In this document: piece by piece, positions 1-10,900 of the stretch
Numbering within the stretch: the stretch's first letter is position 1
Layout of the letters: every line of letters starts with the position of its first letter
NCBI GenBank assembly: GCA_002787155.1
Contig: PCVY01000064.1
Span: 10,475 to 74,474, forward strand
Source of the DNA: Candidatus Abzuiibacterium crystallinum
GTDB lineage: Bacteria > Omnitrophota > Omnitrophia > Omnitrophales > Abzuiibacteriaceae
DNA: 64,000 bases
Reading direction: 5' to 3'
Position numbers and translations under genes: made by a program
The notes under the pieces: generated by a model
The model's database searches: none
Seen by the model: only the letters and a program-made list of their open reading frames with translations
What the model was told of the DNA's origin: nothing

Positions 1-2
1 CA

Positions 3-3000
3 GAAGTTTTATGGAGCGCTTTACGTACAGCAGGTATGCTGGATGATGAAGGCCGTCCGACTGAACAATTCAAGAAGTTAAGAGTGCAAATGCGTTTTGA
101 CGGATCTCCTGAACATGTTCAGGCAGTTCTAAAATTGGGCATTCCGGATCAATTTAAATGGTTCCAAAATGACATCATTCGGATGTTGGATGATGCCGGT
201 CGTTCAGAGTTGCGTATCAGCGAAATGGAAGCTTTTCGTGATGAGGTGGAAGAGACAGAAAAGTGGATGAATAGTGACCGCTTTCAAGGTATCAAGCGTC
301 TTTATTCAGCGCGCCAAGTGGTGGAACAGCGCGGAACCATTAAAAAGGTTTATCAGGTGGCACATGACGGAGCTGTCGGAATGTATGCGCGCTTGCGTGA
401 ATTATTTGCTAATCGCGAAACCAACACTACTTACGGGCCTTATTCAGGCGGCCAGATTGTGACCATGAAGCGTTTAATAAAAAATCACATTGTTTATTTA
501 GGCGGTTGGGCAACTTCTGCGCAAGGGGATGACACCGAAGAGCCCGGCGCTGATTTAGCCAGTTATCCTTTAAGCCGTGTTCCGCTTGAAGCGGCTCGTT
601 TGATTCGGGCATTGCTGAAAGCCGATGGCAGCCAACAATATGAGCGAATGCACATGTCTGAATCAGAGCGCAACAAAACAGCCGCATTTGATTTCAGACC
701 TTGGATGATTGCCGATGCGGATACCGGTCACGGCGGGGATGCACACACGCGTAATTTGATCAGGCGTTTTGTGGAAGTGGGCGTGCCGGGTTATCACATT
801 GAAGATCAAAAACCGGGATGCAAGAAATGCGGTCATCAGGGCGGCAAAGTTCTCGTTTCAATTGAAGAGCACATTAAACGCTTAAATGCAGCGCGTTTTC
901 AGCTGGATGTGATGGGTGTGCCGGGTATCGTTGTATCTCGCACGGATTCAGAAGATGCTTCGTTTTTGGATAACAATAGTGACGAACGCGACCACAGTTT
1001 TATTTTAGGAGTTACTAATTTAAATGTTTTGGAGTACAAATTACTGACACTTGCTATTCAAAAACGCTTTTATGATTTGGGTGTTACCACGATCAATGGC
1101 CATGAACTTTATGGTATTACAGATGCGCGCTATCAGGAAGCTATGCAATGGCTCAAAAAACAAGGGCTCTTAGATCAGATTGATGAATTGGTTAAAAGTG
1201 TTGATATGAAGGACAAGGCTAGCGACAGTGATGAAAAAGCCTTGGATAAAGCGACCGCGCTGATGCATGAGAAATGGGTTGAGGAAGCAAATTTAAAAAC
1301 ATACGGGCAGGCAGGTGCTGATGTGATGGCAGAGCGCATCGCAGCAGGCGAGTCGTTCGATATGTCTGTTGAAGAATGGCTCTCTTTTACCAAAAAAGTA
1401 TCCAACCAAGAAGCCCGGGCCAAAGCAAAAGAGCTTGGCATTGAAGTGAGTTGGGATTGGGAATTGGCCCGAACCCCCGAAGGTTACTATCAAATTAAAT
1501 CCGGCATCGAATACGCCATTCACCGCCAGCTTTATTTTGCACCGTTTGCGGACATGCTTTGGATGGAAACCAAGACTGCCAATTTAGAGGAAGCACGCCA
1601 ATTTGCCGAAGGTATTCACGCCGTTTTTCCCGACAAAATGCTAGCCTACAATTTATCGCCTTCCTTTAATTGGGATACCACCGGCATGACGGATGAGGAA
1701 ATGCGCCAATTTCCCGTCGAACTTGGAAAGCTGGGGTATGTTTTTAATTTTATCACTTATGCCGGACACCAAATCGATGGTTTGGCAGCTGAGGAGTTTA
1801 CGCGTGCTTTTATCAAAGATGGCCCCTTGGAACTCGCGCGCGTCCAGCGTCGATTTAGGCTGCATAAATCCCCTTATACCCGGCCACAGAAATTGGTCGG
1901 GGGCGCCATTCAAGATGCAGCGCTCATGGCTTCCACAGGCCGTACGGCTGCTACCAGAGCCATGGGAGGGAAGTCGACTGATAAACAGCATCAAAAACCA
2001 ATTGAATTACCGACTTCGCTTTTAGATGGCTGGCTAGAAACGTGGGTAGAAGTTAACCAATATCCCACAGGGCCTCTCACCGCAGAACTTCAGGCAACTT
2101 TTGATAATCCAGGCGAGTTAATGCTCAATGTTTTTGATCGGGAATTCCAAAGAATTGCCTCAATTATTTTTCGCGATGAAACTGATCGAGAAGGAAAACA
2201 TAATTTATTCATTAAAGATCAGCTCACAGAAGAAGTCTGGCGGAACAAACGCCTCACTACCTTGATGCATTTGTTTTTAATCAAGCGTTTCAAAGCGGAT
2301 ATTGTCAATTATATTCGTCCCACCTTGGCTAACCAAACCATGGCCCGGAGAATGATGAGTCTGGGTTTTTATGTGGAAGCGGCAACGAATGGGGAAGCTA
2401 ATTTAATCATGAGTGCCCACGTCAATATGATGGCAATTGATTCCTTAATTCAATCTGACAAGGCGCTGACAGATTTTATTACAAGGAAAGCTGATGAAAA
2501 ACTCTTGATCACGCAACGAGCTGAACAATTGCAAGCCGATTTGAGCGTGAAACAACTGGAATTAACCAAGGCACGTTTAAATTCTGCGAAAGATGTAGAT
2601 ACCATCACGCAATTGGACGCCGAAGTACGCGAGGCTCTGCGCGCGCTTGATGAGTTTGTTCAATTGGCGGGAGAGCTTGAAGAATTAAAATCAGACGTAT
2701 CACAAACGCCGGCAGACCAAAGGCAGTCATTAGAAGACAAAATTCTAGACATTCGTACCCAGCTTGGTTTAACTGAGCATGCAAGGGGTGAAGCGGTTCA
2801 TTCAGAACTTCGGGAAGAGAAGGTCGAAGTGTCCGGCACGGGAAAACCTGCAAAGGAAAAGGTTGATAATCAATTAAGCATACCCTTTAAACAGCTGCCG
2901 CCCGAACAAAAGATAGAACTGTCCCGCGGCGGAGTCGTTACCGTCAAACAAGCACGGGCCGTTCAAGCTTTGTTGACAAAACTTTTAAGGGAGGATATCT

Positions 3001-4820
3001 CAGCAGTCATCAATCTGCAAATTCTGGCAGAAAAGGGCAGTCATGTGCCCATCAACGAAATACCTGCTGCCACAGAAGGCCAAGCGCCTCAAAAAGTGGT
3101 AGCGGAAGACCAAGTGCAAGCACTGGAAGCAACTAAGTTGGTGAAGGTAGAGCGCGAGAAAGGCGGGAGAGTGACAGTGACTATGCCAACTGTCATTCGA
3201 GCGCTTATCCTTTCTATTTTAAGCGGCGCCCATGTATTTGAGTACGAAGTTGTCCGCGATCCGCGTAAGGGTGCAGGCACGGTTCAAGTGACGGCTCAGC
3301 CAGGTAATGGCCGCCTCGAAAGCAAAACAGCTGCTCTTGCTCTCAAAACTTCACCGGTGATACCGAACGTATCGCCTGAAGTCACAGAAGACGGAGGACT
3401 TTCCCTTGCCGATGCTGATGAACAAGCAGAAAAAGTGCCTGCAAATGCCATTGATTTTATGGCGCTTCGTCAAAGCGTTGCAGATGCTGCTATTCAAATT
3501 ATTATGCAAGCCCATTCCAATAAAGGGGCAGTGGATGACAATCAGCTTCACGTTACCTTTGGGGGTAAAGAAGTGGTTCATGTGGTGTTGCCGGAAAGTT
3601 TATTGGAGTTTGATGATACGTTTGCGAGGGACGCACAAAGGGCAATCGGCGACAAATTTAAAGCGCATGGCGGCTTACTGTTTACCCTAGAGGTTCAAGG
3701 GACAATTATTCATATTAGGCATATCGATGGGACGGGGACGGTCACAAATGATTCCGGAACCCCTGTGGTTGGTTTGCGCGTGGTGGGTGTTAAGAATGAT
3801 GGGCGTTCCGAACTTCGTTTCAGCGATCTTTTAGCTGATCATTTAGAGGTTCTGAAAGGCACCAAAGCACTCGCTGAAAAACAATTGCGCCAATTTAATG
3901 CATTACCCCAAGGTCTTCAATCTACTCAAGAAGAAGATTGGCTGCGCACACAGCTGGGGGAAATTAACGACGCTATCGCTAAATTACTTGCTACCGAGCG
4001 CACCGAACTCCGTAATCATGTCACGCACCCGGAGCATCGGTTTGCAGAAAAGCTACGAATTGGAACCGAATTGGAAGCACTGCAAATGCAGTTAGCCGGA
4101 TTACATCAAAAGCCGGAAAGTGAATTAACTGACACTGAACGGGAGACCATCCAGCAAATTGGAGATGCCATTAAAGCTTTGCAAGATTCTTTAGACCAAC
4201 TTTCAGCTCAGGGCCGCTCGGTTCCGAAACATGCCGAGTTAAGAATTGATTCCAGCACAAATGATATTTCTGTGTTTTTAAGAATCAGTGATCAAATCAA
4301 AACCATGTTTGCACAAGATGAAGAAGCCCACGAACCACAGAGATTGATCGGATGGGTGAGTGGCGTTGTTAATCAATCTGTTAACAGTCAGTCAACCACG
4401 GCCATATCGGAATCGCGTGTTGGGTACGCTGTTTCCCGTGCGGTGGCCTTTGATGAAGCGATGGTCTTTATTTTGGCAGAATTAGCGCGTCATCAAGCTG
4501 CGCCCATCGTCATAGTGACAGATTTTGACACGGATTTAGCCATTGTGAATCAAATCAACGCTACTTTACCGGAAGGGCGCGAAATTCTAACGGCTTCCAA
4601 CGAAGTGGCGGCCGCTAACTTGTTATGGGCAAAGGGTATTCGAAATAGCACTTATCTCACCAGGGAAGAGTTGGACGCAGTGAGATTAAAAAATGTGTTT
4701 AGCCAAATTACCATACTCACAGAAGCAGCCATGAATCGGATTAAATCAGGTATCGATGGTTTAACAGAAATACTGAACCAAGCTGCTCAAGCATATAACA
4801 CCATCGTCACTGCTGTTTAA
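3..4820 (+). CDS. Giant multidomain protein 1 (5'-truncated by window): isocitrate lyase module, unknown/helical modules, shared C-terminal domain
   Basis: Frame is open from base 3 ([11 protein letters not shown] before the ATG at 36). ICL motifs [13 protein letters not shown], catalytic KKCGH (822-836), [14 protein letters not shown]. Five xSELR-type motifs. Confidence 0.9.
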   Translation, partial: EVLWSALRTAGMLDDEGRPTEQFKKLRVQMRFDGSPEHVQAVLKLGIPDQFKWFQNDIIRMLDDAGRSELRISEMEAFRDEVEETEKWMNSDRFQGIKRLYSARQVVEQRGTIKKVYQVAHDGAVGMYARLRELFANRETNTTYGPYSGGQIVTMKRLIKNHIVYLGGWATSAQGDDTEEPGADLASYPLSRVPLEAARLIRALLKADGSQQYERMHMSESERNKTAAFDFRPWMIADADTGHGGDAHTRNLIRRFVEVGVPGYHIEDQKPGCKKCGHQGGKVLVSIEEHIKRLNAARFQLDVMGVPGIVVSRTDSEDASFLDNNSDERDHSFILGVTNLNVLEYKLLTLAIQKRFYDLGVTTINGHELYGITDARYQEAMQWLKKQGLLDQIDELVKSVDMKDKASDSDEKALDKATALMHEKWVEEANLKTYGQAGADVMAERIAAGESFDMSVEEWLSFTKKVSNQEARAKAKELGIEVSWDWELARTPEGYYQIKSGIEYAIHRQLYFAPFADMLWMETKTANLEEARQFAEGIHAVFPDKMLAYNLSPSFNWDTTGMTDEEMRQFPVELGKLGYVFNFITYAGHQIDGLAAEEFTRAFIKDGPLELARVQRRFRLHKSPYTRPQKLVGGAIQDAALMASTGRTAATRAMGGKSTDKQHQKPIELPTSLLDGWLETWVEVNQYPTGPLTAELQATFDNPGELMLNVFDREFQRIASIIFRDETDREGKHNLFIKDQLTEEVWRNKRLTTLMHLFLIKRFKADIVNYIRPTLANQTMARRMMSLGFYVEAATNGEANLIMSAHVNMMAIDSLIQSDKALTDFITRKADEKLLITQRAEQLQADLSVKQLELTKARLNSAKDVDTITQLDAEVREALRALDEFVQLAGELEELKSDVSQTPADQRQSLEDKILDIRTQLGLTEHARGEAVHSELREEKVEVSGTGKPAKEKVDNQLSIPFKQLPPEQKIELSRGGVVTVKQARAVQALLTKLLREDISAVINLQILAEKGSHVPINEIPAATEGQAPQKVVAEDQVQALEATKLVKVEREKGGRVTVTMPTVIRALILSILSGAHVFEYEVVRDPRKGAGTVQVTAQPGNGRLESKTAALALKTSPVIPNVSPEVTEDGGLSLADADEQAEKVPANAIDFMALRQSVADAAIQIIMQAHSNKGAVDDNQLHVTFGGKEVVHVVLPESLLEFDDTFARDAQRAIGDKFKAHGGLLFTLEVQGTIIHIRHIDGTGTVTNDSGTPVVGLRVVGVKNDGRSELRFSDLLADHLEVLKGTKALAEKQLRQFNALPQGLQSTQEEDWLRTQLGEINDAIAKLLATERTELRNHVTHPEHRFAEKLRIGTELEALQMQLAGLHQKPESELTDTERETIQQIGDAIKALQDSLDQLSAQGRSVPKHAELRIDSSTNDISVFLRISDQIKTMFAQDEEAHEPQRLIGWVSGVVNQSVNSQSTTAISESRVGYAVSRAVAFDEAMVFILAELARHQAAPIVIVTDFDTDLAIVNQINATLPEGREILTASNEVAAANLLWAKGIRNSTYLTREELDAVRLKNVFSQITILTEAAMNRIKSGIDGLTEILNQAAQAYNTIVTAV
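216..2490 (+). other. aceA: Isocitrate lyase module, long ICL2 type with C-terminal extra domain, inside giant protein 1
   Basis: Starts immediately after RSELR (201-215) with [14 protein letters not shown]; intact KKCGH; about 160 aa C-terminal domain ([21 protein letters not shown]) resembling the mycobacterial ICL2 C-terminal domain. End is approximate. Confidence 0.88.
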
Positions 4821-4874
4821 TTTTCAGGCCAGCCGGCGTCTTGCGAAAAGGATGGTTCTGCTTTCGTAAAAAAA

Positions 4875-4905
4875 CTTGGGGTCAGGTCCCGGACCTGACC
4901 CCAGG
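4875..4905. repeat. 31-bp palindromic REP-like element, copy 1 (intergenic)
   Basis: CTTGGGGTCAGGTCC-C-GGACCTGACCCCAGG; 13-bp perfect arms around a 1-nt centre. Confidence 0.92.
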
Positions 4906-4925
4906 GGTTGAAAGAAGACAAATGA

Positions 4926-7900
4926 ATGAAACAAACAGGTTTTGGTTCCAAGTTACTGTCACTTACCCTCAGTTTTAGTTTATTTACCACCTGCTCCGTT
5001 GGTTTTACCGATCCGTCACTTATCTTGGGGTCAGGTCCGGGACCTGACCCCAGGCACCTCACGCGCACCAAAGCAGCCGGTCATTCTCTTTCCGTTATTC
5101 ATCAATTAACCGCGCTTAACCCAGAAATTGCGCGCGATCTTTGGCGCCGTCAACAACTGCCTGCTGCTGTTACGCGGTTTATCGATTTATCTGTCAAATC
5201 CGAACTCAGAAGTTCAAGCAATGACACTTGGGGTCAGGTCCGGGACCTGACCCCAGGAGTTCATCGGGCGGAATCATCTTTTTCGTCTAAAATGAAACAG
5301 GGATCATCCGTCAGGACAGTTATTTTCCTGGCTGTTTTGAGTCTAACAGTTTATCTGGGTTTTTTGCAAGTGGCACGCTTTCCAAGCGGCAACGTAAAAT
5401 TGGATTGGGCGGCAGCCTCTTTGATGCCTGTGATTGTGACGGGTGTTTTTTTGGTAGGCTTATTTCGAAATCATTTATTATCTTCCGGTCGGCTTTTTTC
5501 AATCTCGATTTTGGCCGCTGCTCTTTATGGTTGGACAACTGTTCTCGCCAAGCCGGTTCTTAATTTCCCGATGACCCAAGTGGGTCCGCTTCCTTACATG
5601 ATCACGCTTTGGGGAGCGGCTATTTTGCTCCTGCATTATGTTTACGATCAACTTTTTCGTATGAGTGGTAAAGTCAATGGGTCAACCAACACTTCATTCA
5701 CGAGTAGCTGGTTGGCACGATTGATACCACTCTATACTGATTTCAAAATTCTTTTCAAACTCAAACGAGCCACTTCCCGAAACGGAGCCGATTTAACCTC
5801 CACACAACAAATGTTAACTATGAATCGCCGTGCGGGTTTTCTCAGGGGAACTTTTTGGCATCTCGGACCTTTTGCGCTGGCCTTGTGGGGGTCACTTTTT
5901 TCCCAGACATTGGGCGCAGGGACACTTTATTTAGCACTTTACCAGGGCTTAAATCCAAATGTTTATGGTGTGATGGCCCCGATTGGTATTGTGCTCTTAC
6001 CGGGCCTGTTGGCTGCTTGGTGGCTTGGGGAAAAGTTCACAGCGCGCAAATTGATCGGCTATGCCATGGTCTTTTCAGGCATGGCGGCCATTTCAGCCGT
6101 GAGTTTAACGCAAGCGTCCGTTCAGGTTCCATTCGCAGCTTTAGCGCTTGGTCTATTATCCGCTGTTTTTTATGGATTACGCCAGATATTTCATAAACAG
6201 TTGTTTAATAAAAATCTGGATGCCTTGTCAGCGGGTGAGCATGCGCAACTGGAGATGGCGGTTAATCGATTAGGCTATTTTTTGGGGACGGTTACGATGA
6301 TTGGCATCGCCGTCATTCAGGCGATTGTGGGGAATCAGCCGATCGGGTGGTTTACTTTTCTGGTACCTTCAATGGCTATTTTAACAATCGCCAATATGTT
6401 TGTCTGGACGGGAATGTGGGTTCTGGTCTTTTTTGTTACACGCCATATCCACGCTTCTCGATTAACGCCGATTTTAGCTACTTTTCCGTTCTGGACCATG
6501 CTCTGGCAGTGGGTTGTGACCGGTCAATTAAACCCAAGTTTAATTGCAATCGGCGGACTTGTGCTTGCAGGCGGCATTTTGGCATCTTATCAAAAGCCCA
6601 CGCAGGTTGACGGTGGTAGCCGATCGGAATTACGGACTTCTGCCGGGATGTCATTGTTTTCCAAACCCCATTTAAGAACCATTTATATTATTTCACACGT
6701 TATCCTTTTTGGTGTGGGACTTTTGGCTTTTCCGACCCTGTCACTGCTGGCATACGAATCAATTCATATAGGGGCAGTGATTAATTTGATGTTTTTTGCC
6801 AGCTTTGTTTTGATTGGTAATGCGTTCATTCATCAGATTTATCAATGGTATGGTTATCGTTTCAATTTTAAGAAACTTGGCGCCGCCATCACATTGAGTC
6901 TGGTGTCGGGTGCGGTCACTCTCTTGGGCGTGATGCTGATTAATGAGCTATTCCCGCTGGGGCAGGAGTTTGCGGGAACAACCTTTAGATTACCATTGGG
7001 ATTTGGACGCGTTCAAATTGATTTTGCACACCCGTTAATTGCACATACGGTGGTTGCGATACCGCGTGTTCTCATGGCGATTGTTTTAGAGGCTTTAAAC
7101 TTGTTGCTATTGGATTTGCCTTTTCGCTTTTATCGTGACCAGCTTAAAAGCCGGCACGAAGGAACGCAATCAAATTTGAAAAAACGAGAAGCATTTTATC
7201 TTTCACGTTTGTATTCACTGGCAGCTTATTATTTTATTTTGGTGTGGCTGCCAAATTACACTTCTGTTTTGTTCATTGGTTTAGTTTTACAACTGCTTCG
7301 TTTGTTTTTACATGTGTCGGCTAATCGAAAGTCTTATTGGGTAAAATCTTGGTTCATACAAAACCACCGTACTTTGCTCGTTATTTTTCCGCTTTTCTAT
7401 CCTTTCGTCAAACTAGCCCGTTCGTTGCATTGGCTGATAACGCCGAAAGAAACGATTAGCGTAGAGGCCAAATCACGTGTTCTGGCAAGCGCTGTGTGGC
7501 ATGCTTATGAACAATACCAGAAGGAACTTCAAGCACTCAATGACAGGGCATTATCGTTGTTTGAACAAGGCGATTGGGCTCACCTGCAGGTAGATTATCA
7601 GCGCCGGCTTGATTTATATAGCCAATCAATCGAAAATGCCAGCCTGGAAATTAGCCGACAAATTGGGAATGGCTTTATCTCAGAGCAAACCATTTGGGAT
7701 CAAGCACGCACGCATTTTGATGTGTTGGTGATTAATCCTTTGGATAAAAAGTTAGCGGATGCCTTTTTTTATACGGTCAAACGGCGCTTTATTCCGGGAA
7801 CTGAAAGCGATATTCGTTTTATTGCTGAAGACGTCCATCTGTTTAGAGGTTCTGAAGACGTGCTGGAACCGGTATTTACCTCTTACAAAAGAAAAGTTTC

Positions 7901-10900
7901 TACCCGGGCAGCGGTAGAAACCATCCTGAGTCATTATGGTTTTAAAATTCCTTATGAAGATCACGAGCGGGATGTGAATCACATTACCGACCTGGTTAAT
8001 AGACAATTACACTTAGAAGAAGGTGAACCAAATGCGAAAGTTGAGCGTTTTGAAATGCTCAATCCCATCTTTACACGATTTAAGAAAATTTACATTGTCG
8101 GAAGAATTCGAGTGAAAGCCAATACCATTCCTTTGGTATTGGTTTTTGACAACCACAGCCAGAAATTAGTATTGGATCAGGTGGTGATGGAGAGCCTGGA
8201 TGTGAGCCGCTTGTTTGGCTTTACACATTCTCAATTTACGGTGGTGACGGATAACTACCAGGCATTGGTTAACTTTCTTCATGAATTGATGCCGCGCAAA
8301 CATCTTTCGCAAATTTATCGGGTGATCGGCCAATACAATTTGGCTAAGGCCGAAATTCTAAAGGATCTATTCAATCTGATTCGTAAACGGCAAGAACGTT
8401 TTCGCTTGAGTGAGGGAGTGAAAGGTAAAGTTGTCATCAGTTTTTCGCTTCCATCTTCTGACATGATGATTAGAGTGCTTAAAGATAGGCCTGATAAACC
8501 TTTATCACCTCGTGAATTCGAAGCAAAACACTACTTTGCCCGCCATGTTTATAAAGCCGGACGCATCGTAGAAATGATCGGCTTACGAAATGTCAGATTT
8601 CCGAAAGCGGCGTTTGAAGCGGATGTTCTTAAAGAATTATTGGAAAAATCAACAGATCCTGAAAACGGTATTGTCGAAGACGGAGAGTTTATAATTTTAA
8701 AACGTTTTTTTGTCCAAAGATATGTAATCCCTCTAGACATTTTCTTTCAACGGGAGAAAGATCCGGAGATCAGACGCCGCATTCTATTGGATTTAGGTCA
8801 ATTGCATAAAGATTTGGCCAGGGTGAATATTTTTAATGTGGATTTTCTCCCTCACAATCATGGTGTTATTGCAGCAGGAACAGCCAATATGCGCGTTGTT
8901 TTATTTGACCTTGATGCCATTGAATTGTTGACCGATCAAAACTTTCTGAGCGTACCCAGATATTCACGGCCTGTTGATGACGGGGACTTTGATTTGGATT
9001 ATTTTATGTATGGCGGTGATGCGGAAGATATGCGAATGGCGGCGCCCTCGAATGATCAGTACCCCGAACAATTCGAACTCTTAAAAGATATACCTCTTGA
9101 CTTAGTAACCGAATTTATGAGAGTTCATGGTGATTTAATACAGCCGGATTTTTATCTTGCCACCCAACGTGATCTCTGGCAGCAAGCTGATGAATTAGTG
9201 CGCACTTTTCCGTATTCTCTGCTGGCGCGGCGGAGAGCCAACCCCATTCACTCAGAATTGCGGCATTTTTCTTTAGCTGAAAGACTCCAAACGCAGGAGT
9301 TCGTTGTGACAACCGAATTGGATGAACCCGACATGACGCCTGATTACTGGAAATTAATCGACCAAGGCTGGGTGCACGGCATGACCATTACGGATTTACC
9401 TTTGATTTCTAAGGTAGAAGATTTATTGAAACGATACCAAGCAAAGAAAACCATTCGCCAAAACCCGTTTGCCATTTTACACCAAACAACAGGTGCAATC
9501 GTCACTGTTGCCGCCGGTGCGCGTTTTCGAGGTAATATCAGGAACCGCATTTTAAGAATGGTGGAAGAGAATGCGGGCGGGATTTTAGCGGTAGCCAGCG
9601 GTGGTTTGATCAGGCGCTTGGCAAGGGTATTGTGGCTAGAATGGCTTCTGCCCATGAATTCATTTAAAATTTTACGAATGGTAAAAAAAATGAAACAAGC
9701 AGGTATCATTCCTAAAGATTTTCTTATCATGGGTGTTGAAAATCCTTTAATTGGGGACCCCGTTACACAGGTTGACCGGCTGGAGGAGAAAATCGAAGCC
9801 GGAGCAGAAGCCATTATGACCCAGCCGCCGCTTTTATGGCATCAATTTGAAGCTTGGTGGCGAGAAGTTGAGAAGAGAGGATTAAACCGAAGGGTGCCTA
9901 TCATTATTGGTTTTCCGTTTATTACTTCACCGGCAAATTTAAGATTTTGGTATTTTCTGACAGGCGTATCTTCACATCACTTAGAAGCACAAGCTTTGCT
10001 AAGTGAGTTTGAAGAAAAACAAAATGAAGGCGCAGAAGCGTTTGCCAAGTTTCGCCAAGAATTTTCAGAAGGCTTACTAAGAAAAATACGGACATTGCCG
10101 CATGCAGCTGGTATTCATCTTTTTCCTTTGAAAGGCATGCCGCAAGTGATCCCAACGCTTAAAGCCAATGATTTAAGGCCGCCTTTACACCATATCCGAA
10201 GGATTGACCGGCTCATTGGTTTATATGATGAACTGGGCGTTCAGCTGGATATTGAAAATGTGGCTTACAAAGATGAGCATGTCAAGCACCTTGAAGGTGT
10301 CTTGTCTGTGATCTACGGCGTGATTAAGAACTTTGATGATAGACCTAAACGAATAACTATTAACCGAGTTTTTTATAAACAGCATTTTTTAGATAGTGTG
10401 ATGGTAAGAGATATCGTTGGTTCTTCTGATTGGGAACTGACCATCGATTTAAAATCATTTGAAAGAGATAAACTATTTAATATCAAACGCTTAAGACATC
10501 AAGTACAGCAAAAGATCTTAGATCGCAAACGTCCTGAAAGAAAAAAGGAAATTTTTATTACAGCGGGGCCATTTAAACGGTATGCGCATAGTTTGATACG
10601 GCAATGGAATGAAGCTTTTTGGCAGCATGTCAAAGCCATGATGAAAGCATTAAAGCGGGATTATCGAGATACGATCGCCGGTTCGCCTGATACGGAAGCG
10701 CCGATTCTTCATTACAATGCGGAACGGTTTTTGTTGGAAGATCTTTTACCCCTCCGCGAACAAGAAAAACAAACGGGAGTGCCTCCTCAGCCGGTGGCGT
10801 ATGTAGAAGGCGGTGTGGCAAGCATTGATTATGCGCGCGGATTTGTGGATCAATTAAAGAAATTGGCAGAAGACCGCGGTTTGGCCGATTTGCTTACCAA

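Noticed and set aside
4875-5257. Three 31-bp repeats as a CRISPR array
   Set aside because: Spacers are 118 and 172 bp, two copies are inside a CDS, and there are no cas genes.
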